Virus record (IMG/VR): IMGVR_UViG_3300023174_000130
Span: 19,216 to 83,215 of that record
Direction: 5' to 3' (one strand)
Length of the DNA stretch: 64,000 bases
DNA from: a virus
Below the pieces are notes generated by a model that worked only from the letters and a program-made list of their open reading frames with translations, did no database searches and was not told the DNA's origin. Shown here in pieces: positions 31,151 through 41,014 of this stretch. The first letter of the stretch is position 1, and every line of letters begins with the position of its first letter. The translations under genes were made by a program, and so were the position numbers.

Positions 31151-31789
31151 TTATATCACCTTATAATCTATTACAATCCCTGCTGGTATTACGTGTTGCT
31201 CCAAGAATGTTTTATAATTTTGTAAAGTATTATACTTGGAACTTGTTACAGCTATTTGTATATTTGAATATGTGGTTGTAGTAACATATACTTCCGTAAT
31301 ACCAAACCCAAGTAAAGCGCAAATCAAATATTTTATAGCTGGAGGAGTTCCTTTGATATTAAAATAATTTTCATCTGCTTTTACAGCAAATGTTCTTAAA
31401 TTTGGTAAAATAGAACTTAATTGAGATGAAGATAAATTAGCATTTGGAAAATAAAAATCAAATAAAGCTTCTAAAAATATAGAGTGCATATACAAAGGAA
31501 CTCTTATATTTTCCCAGTTAAGCTGTGCACCATATCCATAATCTTGGCTAAAAAGCCATCTTAAATAATTTTTAATAATTGGAACTATGGTTACAGAACT
31601 AGTAGTATCATTTTCATATGATTTTAAAATCCATTCTGGAAATAAAGATTCTACAGTAAGCATATCTCCAAACCATGGTTTTGTGATTATATCATGAAAA
31701 TCACTACCCAGCACTGTAAAACAGCTTTCAGCAGCTAATTGTGCTTTTGTTTGTAATTGAATTTTTTGATTATTATATAAAACAATCAT
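31151..31789 (-). CDS. putative baseplate wedge subunit (gp7 N-terminal-like, short)
   Basis: VESLFPEWI, IKNYLRWL, YFNIKGTPPAIKYL, HVIPAG; follows gp6. Confidence 0.6.
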   Translation of the reverse strand: MIVLYNNQKIQLQTKAQLAAESCFTVLGSDFHDIITKPWFGDMLTVESLFPEWILKSYENDTTSSVTIVPIIKNYLRWLFSQDYGYGAQLNWENIRVPLYMHSIFLEALFDFYFPNANLSSSQLSSILPNLRTFAVKADENYFNIKGTPPAIKYLICALLGFGITEVYVTTTTYSNIQIAVTSSKYNTLQNYKTFLEQHVIPAGIVIDYKVI

Positions 31790-32865
31790 TGTTCGTATAC
31801 CAAATTTATTCCTGCAACAGATCTTGCTCCCAAATAAGCCATCAATGTTGTTTGATTAGTTGATGATAATCCAGTAACATAAACTTTTACTCTACCCGGT
31901 ATACAACAATCATTTTGAACTGTTACCAATGATGAATCCGATGTTCCAGAAATACTTGAGCCCACAATCGCATTAACATAATCATTTAATGTAACACATC
32001 TATCTTGACCTGTGGCTTTAAATAACAATCTACTTCTGGCTTCAGTGACTGATATTTCATCATAACCTCCAGCAGGTACAGTCGTAGCTACAAATGCTGC
32101 ATCTGATCTAGCAGTAATTGTAGCATTATTTGCTGCTGCACCATTGGATACAACTGCACGAACTAGAACAGTACTTGTAGTAGGTATTTCTTTAGCAGTA
32201 ATAAAATTATTTGTTACAATATAGCCCTGTGGACCGTTAATAACGGTAAATGTTTGATTGTTATCTGTTGTAGAAGTTGTTCCTTTGTCAACTCTTGTCC
32301 ATTTAGTTATTACTCCAGTACCAGTAACAGTTTCATAAAAACTAATGGTTCGGGGATCTACTGTATAAGGTAACTCGCATGATTGGGTTGCATAATCATA
32401 ATTGGTATAACTTGTTACACTTTTTCCAGAATAAAGATTAATAGATTTACTTTGACTTGGTAAAACAGAATCTATATTAAAGAAATATGTCTGTGCTGCT
32501 GTTGTAGTTGTTGCTAGAAAAGTAGCATAATCTTCAAGAGTTGCACCAATTGCAGTAACAGTTCTATTGGTAGAAGCTCCTTGTACTGGAGCAATCAATA
32601 CAGAACTATTAGCTGCAATCCCCAGTATGCTTTGCATTAAAGTAGTAGTTGTTGCAAATGAATTCACATATCCAAATTGTGCATATATGCCATTATAAGC
32701 CGTGGCAGTAGCCAAAATATTAATCAACATGTTTGCAGCACTGGCATTATTTTCAAAATCAATGTCAGCTAAATCAGGTTGCTGTTTAAAAAATTTAATC
32801 AAAGAGGCTCTAATATCACTAAAATCTAATGATGCAACATTAAGATTTTTTAACTGGTATGTCAT
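31786..32865 (-). CDS. gp6: baseplate wedge subunit, short
   Basis: LNVASLDFSDIRASL, DFENNAS, GGYDEIS, QDRCVTLNDY. Confidence 0.85.
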   Translation of the reverse strand: MTYQLKNLNVASLDFSDIRASLIKFFKQQPDLADIDFENNASAANMLINILATATAYNGIYAQFGYVNSFATTTTLMQSILGIAANSSVLIAPVQGASTNRTVTAIGATLEDYATFLATTTTAAQTYFFNIDSVLPSQSKSINLYSGKSVTSYTNYDYATQSCELPYTVDPRTISFYETVTGTGVITKWTRVDKGTTSTTDNNQTFTVINGPQGYIVTNNFITAKEIPTTSTVLVRAVVSNGAAANNATITARSDAAFVATTVPAGGYDEISVTEARSRLLFKATGQDRCVTLNDYVNAIVGSSISGTSDSSLVTVQNDCCIPGRVKVYVTGLSSTNQTTLMAYLGARSVAGINLVYEQ

Positions 32866-33245
32866 TATAGTTCTACCTCTATCGTTGTGCTAGAATTTGA
32901 CTGCCCATTAATTCCATTATTTAATGAATAAGTTATAAAAAATTGAAATACTGTATCAGATGCATAGTCCAATCTGACTTTAACATCATTCATTACTGGG
33001 ATAGCAGATTCTATGTACGCTGCTAAACCAGATTCCAATGGACCCACTTGGGCTTGGCCAGAAAATATATAACTAAAATAATCTGATCCCAAATTCATAT
33101 TTGAAACAAGTTCACCTTTTTGTGTTTTGAGAACATTTTCAATATATTGAGAATAAGCATTAAATCCGCTCACCATACCAATATCTTTTTTAGAAGATTT
33201 GGAATTAACTTTTTCTAATAATATTGAAAAATCTTTGAGCGCCAT
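32865..33245 (-). CDS. gp25: baseplate wedge subunit
   Basis: IENVLKTQKGELVSNMNLGS motif; start moved to ATG 5 nt after TATAAATA. Confidence 0.75.
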   Translation of the reverse strand: MALKDFSILLEKVNSKSSKKDIGMVSGFNAYSQYIENVLKTQKGELVSNMNLGSDYFSYIFSGQAQVGPLESGLAAYIESAIPVMNDVKVRLDYASDTVFQFFITYSLNNGINGQSNSSTTIEVEL

Positions 33246-33258
33246 AATAATATTTATA

Positions 33259-34068
33259 TCATGAATAATATCGAACACCTGCTGCTTTACCACTACTATC
33301 TAATGGTGCTATTTGCGTAAGTGACAGTGCTGTTTCGTGTGTTCCAGAATTTGTAATTACGTGTTTAATGCCCGTAACATAATATGTTGTATTTAAAACA
33401 GAATTTGTTGATGAGTAAGGAAATCCACTTATACCATTTATACGAAGATTGGCAAGTTGACCAACTTTTAATGTAAAATCACCGGCAATTGTCACGTCCA
33501 CTTTTCTTCCATATTTAATTGCATCTAGAAATTCTGCTCGTTTTACTGGAGTTTCAACTGGAGTATTCCAAAAAGATGCAACATTTAATCTTAGTTTTAT
33601 ATAAGCTTCATAATTTGGCTTAATATCTGGGCACAGGCAACTATATGGGGCAGAAGGAGTTGCCCATAAACATCCCATCCAATCAAGTCCTAATTTTGTA
33701 TTAATTTGATTGCATTCCTCATTAACAACATCAAAATAAAGATCAATGGGCTGCGTTGTATTTAAAGAAGGAACAGTTGAAGGCCCAGTCCAAAGAGTAT
33801 AATTTGAACCAGACCCTCCACATCCACCTCCACCAACAAAATTTTGTGTACTTCCACATGAGCCTTTAGTTGCTGTATAAAAACCAATAGCTTCTGCAAT
33901 TTCTAAAACTCCAGGAAATCTATCAAAACACTCTTGCAACGAGGAGGGAATTCCTGTTGCTCCTCTTGTTATTGCTGCATTTGCACATTCATATGCATCT
34001 TTATTTGCTACAGGATAAAAAGTTTCTTGTGAATAGTTAGTACCATATGTAATAATCTGTTTTGCCAT
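33259..34068 (-). CDS. baseplate hub-related protein (gp27 C-terminal-like)
   Basis: VTIAGDFTLKVGQ...YYVTGIKHVI...HETALSL resembles the hub C-terminal barrel. Confidence 0.55.
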   Translation of the reverse strand: MAKQIITYGTNYSQETFYPVANKDAYECANAAITRGATGIPSSLQECFDRFPGVLEIAEAIGFYTATKGSCGSTQNFVGGGGCGGSGSNYTLWTGPSTVPSLNTTQPIDLYFDVVNEECNQINTKLGLDWMGCLWATPSAPYSCLCPDIKPNYEAYIKLRLNVASFWNTPVETPVKRAEFLDAIKYGRKVDVTIAGDFTLKVGQLANLRINGISGFPYSSTNSVLNTTYYVTGIKHVITNSGTHETALSLTQIAPLDSSGKAAGVRYYS

Positions 34069-34078
34069 TGAATATCCT

Positions 34079-36088
34079 TTAACAAGTTCCGTCTACAACA
34101 TTTTCGGCCCAGAAATATGTAACACTATTATTGGGATCTATCTGTTCAATGCATACTCTTGCAACATGCATTATATTTGCAGATTCTTCAAATGTAGCTG
34201 TAGCTGGTGCGCCAATTGGTCTGTATCCAAATCCAGATGCGGCTGATGTATTTGACCAACCCGGTGGCAAATATGCTCCAGTTAAGCCTCTTTCATTTAA
34301 ATTTATCGCCCATGTTGCATCTTGACTATCATTTGATTTTTCTGAAGGATCTAATGACCATTGTTCCAACAAATGCGGATAATACGTATTACCAGATCCA
34401 CCTGCTCCAGACGCTGAACCACATGCTCCTGATATTCCAGAAGAAAACAATATCTTGTTCCATTTATACCTATAAAATTTTGCACCACTTGGTAGTTCTG
34501 GCGTTGTTTCTGTTTGTGGTTGGAAATTGCCACCAGTGCCACCTGTACCAGTAGCACCATAATAAGCAGTATCTGGCTCATATCGCTGTAATACAGCAAA
34601 GAAACAATTTTCTCCTCTTTTACCCATACAACATAAAGAGTGAATAACAAAGTTTTGTTGTTCTATTTTTCTTAATTGTTCTATGGTATTTTGTATTTTA
34701 GATCCGCCAGTAGGACCAGTTGGTCCAGCAAATTCACTAGATCCACAGTTTCCATTTGTCAAAGCTTTAAAGGTATTATATCTAATATCCATTACTTTTT
34801 GTAAATTCGTACTTTCACCAGGAATAATAGATGTAGCACTAGTTGCATCTGTATCATTTTCATTAGGATAATTTGGATGAATTGGTGTCAAATCAAACAT
34901 ATTTTTCCACATATCAGGACTATCCAAAAATGCCATGTAGCCTTTATCACCCATTAAATTCAATGCACCGTATGACGATTCCATACCATATTGATTTCCC
35001 AACATATTTGTAATGGATCTGTCATTAGTTGGTGTGCCCCCATCATAATATCCCCAAGAATTTTCAGGATAAATTAAATCACCACCAGAAGGAGCTTCAG
35101 TTGCTCTTCCAGCAACACTAACTACATCAATATTATATTTTTGACCATCATCTTGAAATTGAAAAGTTAAATTTTTTAAAGCATTATTTTGTACAGCATT
35201 AATAGCATCACTCTTAGCATCACCAGTTAATCCTGGATCAACTGTTAGATTATTTGTATCTAAGTATTTTGGAGTTTTTCTAATGTAGTAATAATTCTTA
35301 GATATCCATTGATACGCAGGATTTGTGGCCAAGAAATATGCCTTGCGGTACTGTTTTCCATCCGATAATCTTTCTTCAACCGCATCACCATTATAAACAG
35401 CAACATTTACTGGTTCTTCATCTTCTGCACCTACCATATCTCTTGAAAAAGATTTAAAATTAAATGCCCCATTCATAGAAGTCCAAAAGAAAAAATTAGG
35501 ATTTTTGTTTTGATCAACTGCCATGGTTGACAAATAATTCATCATTTCAATTGCATTATCTGGCAGTGCTTCTTCTCTATTATTAAAAGGTATAAATGGT
35601 CTGTATAAGAAATAATTGGATGCCGAATCACGATATCCTTCATCAGCACCAAATGTATGTACCATTTGAGCTACAAATTCATCCACAGTATAAACTTGTG
35701 GGCTTTTATATCCCAATAACTTATTCAAAGAATTGGTAGAAAAATATCTGTAATAATGATTTGTAAAATTTATTACTAATAAAGTTTCTTCAGTATCAGA
35801 TGCTGCGTTATTACTATATGAAACGCTGGTAATATCACATTCCCATTTATCCCCATTAAAAAATTCAATAGTTAAAGTTGTGACAGCATTTAATTCAATT
35901 GCGCTCGCAATATCTTGTTTGTCTTTTACCAATAATGCTCCAGATGGAAGAACATCATTGATATTTTCGACTATTTCTAATCTTTCAAATTGGCATTCTT
36001 GATTTTGTCTTAAAATATCAAGATCGCCTAAATAAATTGATTTTATTGTAGAATACGCTGGATTAAATCTGGACTGTGTATTTGCCAT
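34079..36088 (-). CDS. baseplate hub-related protein (gp27 N-terminal-like)
   Basis: LEIVENIND..PSGALLVKD, MMNYLS...FFFW...FNFKSF; follows gp53. Confidence 0.55.
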   Translation of the reverse strand: MANTQSRFNPAYSTIKSIYLGDLDILRQNQECQFERLEIVENINDVLPSGALLVKDKQDIASAIELNAVTTLTIEFFNGDKWECDITSVSYSNNAASDTEETLLVINFTNHYYRYFSTNSLNKLLGYKSPQVYTVDEFVAQMVHTFGADEGYRDSASNYFLYRPFIPFNNREEALPDNAIEMMNYLSTMAVDQNKNPNFFFWTSMNGAFNFKSFSRDMVGAEDEEPVNVAVYNGDAVEERLSDGKQYRKAYFLATNPAYQWISKNYYYIRKTPKYLDTNNLTVDPGLTGDAKSDAINAVQNNALKNLTFQFQDDGQKYNIDVVSVAGRATEAPSGGDLIYPENSWGYYDGGTPTNDRSITNMLGNQYGMESSYGALNLMGDKGYMAFLDSPDMWKNMFDLTPIHPNYPNENDTDATSATSIIPGESTNLQKVMDIRYNTFKALTNGNCGSSEFAGPTGPTGGSKIQNTIEQLRKIEQQNFVIHSLCCMGKRGENCFFAVLQRYEPDTAYYGATGTGGTGGNFQPQTETTPELPSGAKFYRYKWNKILFSSGISGACGSASGAGGSGNTYYPHLLEQWSLDPSEKSNDSQDATWAINLNERGLTGAYLPPGWSNTSAASGFGYRPIGAPATATFEESANIMHVARVCIEQIDPNNSVTYFWAENVVDGTC

Positions 36089-36089
36089 A

Positions 36090-36962
36090 TCACTTATACT
36101 TAGTTGTTATAAAAGAGCTCTGAACCAGACCTAATTGGCTTGGAACATATGCTTGTACGGTTTTGGATACAGTATCAATATACTGTTTCACGGATACTGA
36201 AGTTTCACCCACCAATAAAGTTGGAGTAGCTGGTCCAGGAGCTGGTGCTTCTGATTCTGAAGCAGGAAGTTCATCATCAATTGTTGAATTCGATGATGCG
36301 GGTTGTCTATAAATTATTTTAGCATCTTGTGGTGTTGAAATTGATAAAATTTTATCCAAATAACTTGTTTTATTGGCTGTATAATAATTTCCGGCTGATG
36401 AATAAGATCCATCAGAATTTAATTGGATTACTGCAACATGGTCTTGTGTTGTATTTACTCTAATAAAAGGACCAGTACCACCACGCTGAGGTCCAATAGT
36501 CATACTGCCATCATAAAAAGAGGTTTCTTCAATAAGGGCAAATGGTCCATTTAATTGAAAATTACCAGTAGAGCCATAATTATATGATGCTCCGGTATTT
36601 CCTATGTACGGAAGCACAATACTGCCAACAGGAAAAGCCACGCCACCTGATGTGACTCCAGCTGTAGGAAATAAAGTCATATTAATTTTTTCTTCATTAT
36701 TTTTTATATATAAAACAGCATTTTCTTCCAATAAAAAGAATGGATTGATAACATTATTTGCTGCAACAATAGCCCAGAAGCTATCTGAATCAGTGTATAC
36801 GTTATAGGCTGCTTCTAATAAAGTTGTTTTATTATCTATTGTAACTGTACCTTCTTCTATCGTTGCATGCTCTACATCCAAATAAGTAAAAAAATCGGAG
36901 ATTTTAAAATCACCTATACTACTGGTAAATACCGTTTTTGGAAGATTATTAAAAAATTTCAT
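36090..36962 (-). CDS. gp53: baseplate wedge protein (LysM-like)
   Basis: MKFFNNLPK, AYNVYTDSDSFWAIVAANNVINP. Confidence 0.8.
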   Translation of the reverse strand: MKFFNNLPKTVFTSSIGDFKISDFFTYLDVEHATIEEGTVTIDNKTTLLEAAYNVYTDSDSFWAIVAANNVINPFFLLEENAVLYIKNNEEKINMTLFPTAGVTSGGVAFPVGSIVLPYIGNTGASYNYGSTGNFQLNGPFALIEETSFYDGSMTIGPQRGGTGPFIRVNTTQDHVAVIQLNSDGSYSSAGNYYTANKTSYLDKILSISTPQDAKIIYRQPASSNSTIDDELPASESEAPAPGPATPTLLVGETSVSVKQYIDTVSKTVQAYVPSQLGLVQSSFITTKYK

Positions 36963-36967
36963 TAAAT

Positions 36968-37792
36968 TTATCTCATATACTTTGTAGAGATTTCAGATTT
37001 AGAAAGAACACCACCATATGAAGGATCATATGTTCCTGTTTCAAATTCACTAAAAACTAATCCCAGCAAAGTAATAGATGAAGCCCCATTTGGCAAATAC
37101 CTAATAACAGGATCGCTTTCATCATTTTTTTGAACTTTAACTGTTTCTAGTACACAAACAAGAGGTTCACCAAGCCAGTTTGCAGTAAGATTTGCTTCGC
37201 CGCCACCGCGTTGTCCAGTTCCTAAAGCAGCTTGATTACCACTGGTTACCTGTAATGCCCATAAATTTTGTGGATAACTTCTTTCGGGCAATCCAGTAGC
37301 TACTGCTGGATATGAACACTTTCTAAAAGTACCTACAATATTTTCAATTTGTATTGATTCTTCTTTATTTTTTGGTATTAAAGCATATTGAAAAAAGTAT
37401 TTTTTTCTTGCTTCTGAGACCATGCTCATTTCTGCTATATTACTAAATCTTCTATAGGTAGAGGTAGCAAACATTCTTTCCCAGTAGAATGTAGCTGGTT
37501 GCATTGCTCGTTTTAATATGCTTAACGCACCACCACTGCCAGCATTTGCAATTCCTGCCCTAGAAATCATTGGTCCTACCGGATTATTATTACTTTCACC
37601 AAATTCGTGTGCTGCCAAATATCCTGGTTCTTTTGGCATTGGTAAACTTATTCTTGCAAATGCTCTATTAATAACCCCTACACGGGTACGTTCAAAGTTT
37701 TTTAAAGAATACTCAGCACTATAAAACTGCATCCACAGCGGTTGTTCTTTTGCAGCAAACCCATAAGGATATTGAAATTGATTGCGGGCCAT
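36968..37792 (-). CDS. gp48: baseplate tail-tube cap
   Basis: ISLPMP, RKKYFFQYALIPKNKEESIQIENIVGTFR..SYP, LVFSEFE. Confidence 0.8.
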   Translation of the reverse strand: MARNQFQYPYGFAAKEQPLWMQFYSAEYSLKNFERTRVGVINRAFARISLPMPKEPGYLAAHEFGESNNNPVGPMISRAGIANAGSGGALSILKRAMQPATFYWERMFATSTYRRFSNIAEMSMVSEARKKYFFQYALIPKNKEESIQIENIVGTFRKCSYPAVATGLPERSYPQNLWALQVTSGNQAALGTGQRGGGEANLTANWLGEPLVCVLETVKVQKNDESDPVIRYLPNGASSITLLGLVFSEFETGTYDPSYGGVLSKSEISTKYMR

Positions 37793-37799
37793 ATATGAA

Positions 37800-37822
37800 T
37801 ATTTAGATAATTTCTCTAAATA
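37800..37822. promoter_or_regulatory. back-to-back late promoters for gp48 and gp4
   Basis: CTAAATA on both strands (37800-37806 minus; 37816-37822 plus). Confidence 0.7.
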
Positions 37823-37827
37823 TTATT

Positions 37828-38256
37828 ATGGCATACAGGACAATATTTAACCCAAAGAATCCTAAAAAATATGCTGGGGATTCATCTAAAATTGTATGCA
37901 GATCCTTGTGGGAACGTAATGTATGCAATTTTTGTGATGAACACCCCAATATAATTAAATGGTCTTCTGAAGAAATAGCCATACCTTATGTCAGTCCAAT
38001 TGATAAAAAAATGCACAACTACTATCCAGATTTTTTAATACAATTTAAGAACTCCGATGGAGTGCATACATGGATGGTTGAGGTCAAACCAAAAAAACAA
38101 ACTTTTTTAAAAGAAAATGCTTCAAAAAAAGAAAAGGTAACTTGGATCATAAACAATGCCAAATGGAATGCTGCTAAAAACTATTGCAACAATAATAGTT
38201 TTGTTTTTAAAATTTTAACAGAAAAAGATTTATTTTCTAATGCCAACTCCAAATAA
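37828..38256 (+). CDS. gp4: head completion nuclease
   Basis: PKNPKKYAGD, RSLWER, WSSEEIAIPY, YYPDF, EVKPKKQT. Confidence 0.95.
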   Translation: MAYRTIFNPKNPKKYAGDSSKIVCRSLWERNVCNFCDEHPNIIKWSSEEIAIPYVSPIDKKMHNYYPDFLIQFKNSDGVHTWMVEVKPKKQTFLKENASKKEKVTWIINNAKWNAAKNYCNNNSFVFKILTEKDLFSNANSK

Positions 38257-38848
38257 CAATTCAATTTTATCAATAAAAGACTTTTTTGATCGACACAATG
38301 GTCTTCAAAGATCCAATAGATTTACATTATCTTTTTCTAACTTACCCGGAACACTGCCCAAAGTATCCAACAATGATTTAAATCCATTAGCAATAACAAT
38401 AGGTGCCAGAGCTATAGATGGTGTTGCAGATGGTTTGGCTGGCTATGGTCCCGGTAGAACAATTCCAAGATCTCAAAAGTTTCCTCAAGGTATACTTTTA
38501 ACTTTTCCAGTAACCAATGATAATTTTATTACACTGTTTTTCAATTCATGGTTTAATTTAATATATTCAGGTGGTAGACAATCACCAAAAGCAGCATCAA
38601 CTAATAATGCTAGGAACCCTACACGTTTTCCATATCAAGTTCAATTTTATGACGATATTATTGCGCAAACACAAATGAAGATTTCATTATTGGATCCAAA
38701 TGGAAATCCAAATGTTTCATATAATTTTTTTGAAGTATATCCTGTTGAATGTTTGCCAATTGAATTAAATATGTTGAAGTCTAATGACTATTCAACATAT
38801 ACAGTTCTTATGATGTTTAGAGATTTTAATTTTTATCAAGGAGTCTAA
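38240..38848 (+). CDS. tail-tube-like baseplate protein (gp54-like)
   Basis: GLQRSNRF, FFNSWFNLI, FYDD, FEVYP, FR; tube-fold pattern. Confidence 0.7.
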   Translation: MPTPNNNSILSIKDFFDRHNGLQRSNRFTLSFSNLPGTLPKVSNNDLNPLAITIGARAIDGVADGLAGYGPGRTIPRSQKFPQGILLTFPVTNDNFITLFFNSWFNLIYSGGRQSPKAASTNNARNPTRFPYQVQFYDDIIAQTQMKISLLDPNGNPNVSYNFFEVYPVECLPIELNMLKSNDYSTYTVLMMFRDFNFYQGV

Positions 38849-38851
38849 TTT

Positions 38852-39514
38852 ATGGATTTGATGAGTTCTTTAAAAAGCCTGCTACCTACTTATGAAACTA
38901 CTTTACCTTTTTCTAAACAAAAAGTTATTTTTAGACCTTTTAAAGTAAAAGATGCAAAAAGCATTTCTGTTATTCTGCAAGAAGAAAATAAAAAATTAGC
39001 ATTAATATCATTAGTTGAGTTATTAAAAAATAATACTGAAAATGTAAACATACTGAATCTTTGCATGGCTGATGCTGAATTTTTGTTTTTACAAATAAGA
39101 TCTAAAAGTGTAGACGAACAATTGAATTTGATTTACAATCAAGAAAAAATTCAAGTGTATATACCTGATATTAAACATAGAAATGAAATATCATCAGATA
39201 CAATAACACTAACAGATAGTGTTTTTATTACGTTAGAAACTCCAACTATAAAAGATTTATTAAAATTAGATACATTAGATAAAGAAGACTTTTTAAAGGC
39301 CTGTATTAAAAAAGTCAATGTGGGTGGAGAGGTCTTTCATGTTAATAAATTTGTTCCAGACGATATTAAAACTATTTTAGATAATCTACCTTTAAATGTT
39401 TTGCCAAAGTTTGAAGGATTTATGAAAACCCAACCAGAATTGTATGTTGTATTAGAAACACAAGATGGTGACAAGGAGGTCAATGGGTTATTACGTTTTT
39501 TTACCTTTCGGTAA
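38852..39514 (+). CDS. gp26: baseplate hub assembly chaperone
   Basis: PTYETTLP, FRPFKVKD, DAEFLFLQIRSKSVDE, C-terminal GLLRFF. Confidence 0.9.
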   Translation: MDLMSSLKSLLPTYETTLPFSKQKVIFRPFKVKDAKSISVILQEENKKLALISLVELLKNNTENVNILNLCMADAEFLFLQIRSKSVDEQLNLIYNQEKIQVYIPDIKHRNEISSDTITLTDSVFITLETPTIKDLLKLDTLDKEDFLKACIKKVNVGGEVFHVNKFVPDDIKTILDNLPLNVLPKFEGFMKTQPELYVVLETQDGDKEVNGLLRFFTFR

Positions 39515-39711
39515 AGTTTTTTGATTTAAAAGATTATTTTACAACAAATTTTACCTTAATAAATAATTTTAACTGGAGTCTATTTGATTTGGACGATATG
39601 ATTTGGTGGGAACGAGAAATTTATGTAAAGATATTAGTAGATTACCAAGAACAGAAAAAACACGAACAAATGTCATCACATTATGATATGGGACGAGGAA
39701 TGAATCTATGA
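39496..39711 (+). CDS. gp51: baseplate hub assembly catalyst, -1 frame extension of gp26 with no start codon of its own
   Basis: The -1 frame reads FFYLSVKFFDLKDYFTTNFTLINNFNWSLFDLDDMIWWEREIYVKILVDYQEQKK...; not in ORF track; begins at the T TTT TTT slippery site. Confidence 0.8.
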   Translation, partial: FFYLSVKFFDLKDYFTTNFTLINNFNWSLFDLDDMIWWEREIYVKILVDYQEQKKHEQMSSHYDMGRGMNL

Positions 39712-40130
39712 ATGAAAATGAAGTATCAATAGACGTATCAGCAGAACAAAAATCTTTTTCTGCAGCATTAATGCCTTCAAGCATACAATCCGCAGAAGTT
39801 TCTTCTGAACAACAAAATGTCGTTTTACCAGAATCAATTTCTTATACGGCTACTCAACCAGATATTAAAAATTCAGCTCAAGCTGAAGTTTCAAAAACCG
39901 CAGTAGATTTAAAAATTAAATTTGATGCAGAAGCCCAATATAAAGAATTAAGAACATCTGTTGATGGTATACAGTCATCTTTATCTTCTTTAGCAAATAA
40001 TGCTAGAGACTCTTGGTTACCAAATCCAAGACCTGTTGATAAATTTGAAGAACGTCCTTTGACAGAACCTACTAATTTAATATTTGAAGCCAGACGAGAA
40101 AGATTTTCAGAATTTCCCAGATGGGCATAA
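39708..40130 (+). CDS. hypothetical protein in tape-measure position (140 aa)
   Basis: ATGA overlap with gp51 stop; Ser/Ala/Gln-rich with a short coiled coil. Confidence 0.6.
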   Translation: MNENEVSIDVSAEQKSFSAALMPSSIQSAEVSSEQQNVVLPESISYTATQPDIKNSAQAEVSKTAVDLKIKFDAEAQYKELRTSVDGIQSSLSSLANNARDSWLPNPRPVDKFEERPLTEPTNLIFEARRERFSEFPRWA

Positions 40131-40155
40131 AAAAAGCCCCCTTGCGGGGGCTTTT
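40129..40155. terminator. bidirectional terminator between convergent genes
   Basis: AAAAAAGCCCCC-TTGC-GGGGGCTTTT. Confidence 0.85.
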
Positions 40156-40156
40156 C

Positions 40157-41014
40157 TCAATCGTTCTCCATCTCGGAGAAGTACTTTAGAGGATCCTTTT
40201 CCTCAATGTCTTCAGACACTACGGTGTCAGCCACATCATCCTCAATACTCTTGCTTTCAGTAAACTGAGCACGAATATCATCACCAACAGCCTTCTTGTA
40301 ACGTTCAGAGAGTTCTGTATAACTCTTGAACTGACTTTTGTCAACAAATGGCTTCAGAGGATACTGCTTCTTCCAAAGTTCCTCTAGCTTCTTGTCATCT
40401 CCACCAAGAAGCGGAGCGGGAGATGCAAATTCTGACCGATCATAATTTACGTAACCTCCGACATTACGAATCTTGATCTTAAAGTCTGCACCAGTCCAGA
40501 AGTTGAATGGGTCAACAGCAACCTCGTCCTGATACTCTGGATGAGCAAGGCTCTGGATCTTCTGGAAGATCTTTGTGCCATACTGGTAAAGGAAAACCTT
40601 TCCCTTATTCTCTGGATTGGCAGGATCTTCAATGACGAGAATATTGGAAAAGTAAGTCAACTTGCGCTTACGATTCCGTGCAATGTTCTTGTCATCTTCA
40701 ATACCACTATTCCAAAGTTCTGTGTTACCCTGACAAATTGGACACTTTTCACCAATTGTAGTTGGGCAGTTTTCAAACAGCCAACCACCCTTACCCTTAA
40801 ATGCGTGGCTATACACAGATACGAAGGGAGTATCTTCACCTTCAATTTCAGGCAGGAAACGGATTACAGCGTATCCATTGCCCGACTTATCAATACCGGG
40901 TTTCCAAAGACGTTCGTCCTTGTAACTCTCCTTGGAGGTGAGTTTATCCATACGCTCGGTTAGAGATGCGACTGAGTTCTTACTCTTTTTCTTAAAATCT
41001 GCAAAGTTTGACAT
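40157..41014 (-). CDS. gp32: single-stranded DNA-binding protein
   Basis: DERLWKP, GNGYAVIRFLP, ENCPTTIGEKCP, PFNFWTGADFK, NYDRSEF; start at MSNFADF. Confidence 0.97.
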   Translation of the reverse strand: MSNFADFKKKSKNSVASLTERMDKLTSKESYKDERLWKPGIDKSGNGYAVIRFLPEIEGEDTPFVSVYSHAFKGKGGWLFENCPTTIGEKCPICQGNTELWNSGIEDDKNIARNRKRKLTYFSNILVIEDPANPENKGKVFLYQYGTKIFQKIQSLAHPEYQDEVAVDPFNFWTGADFKIKIRNVGGYVNYDRSEFASPAPLLGGDDKKLEELWKKQYPLKPFVDKSQFKSYTELSERYKKAVGDDIRAQFTESKSIEDDVADTVVSEDIEEKDPLKYFSEMEND

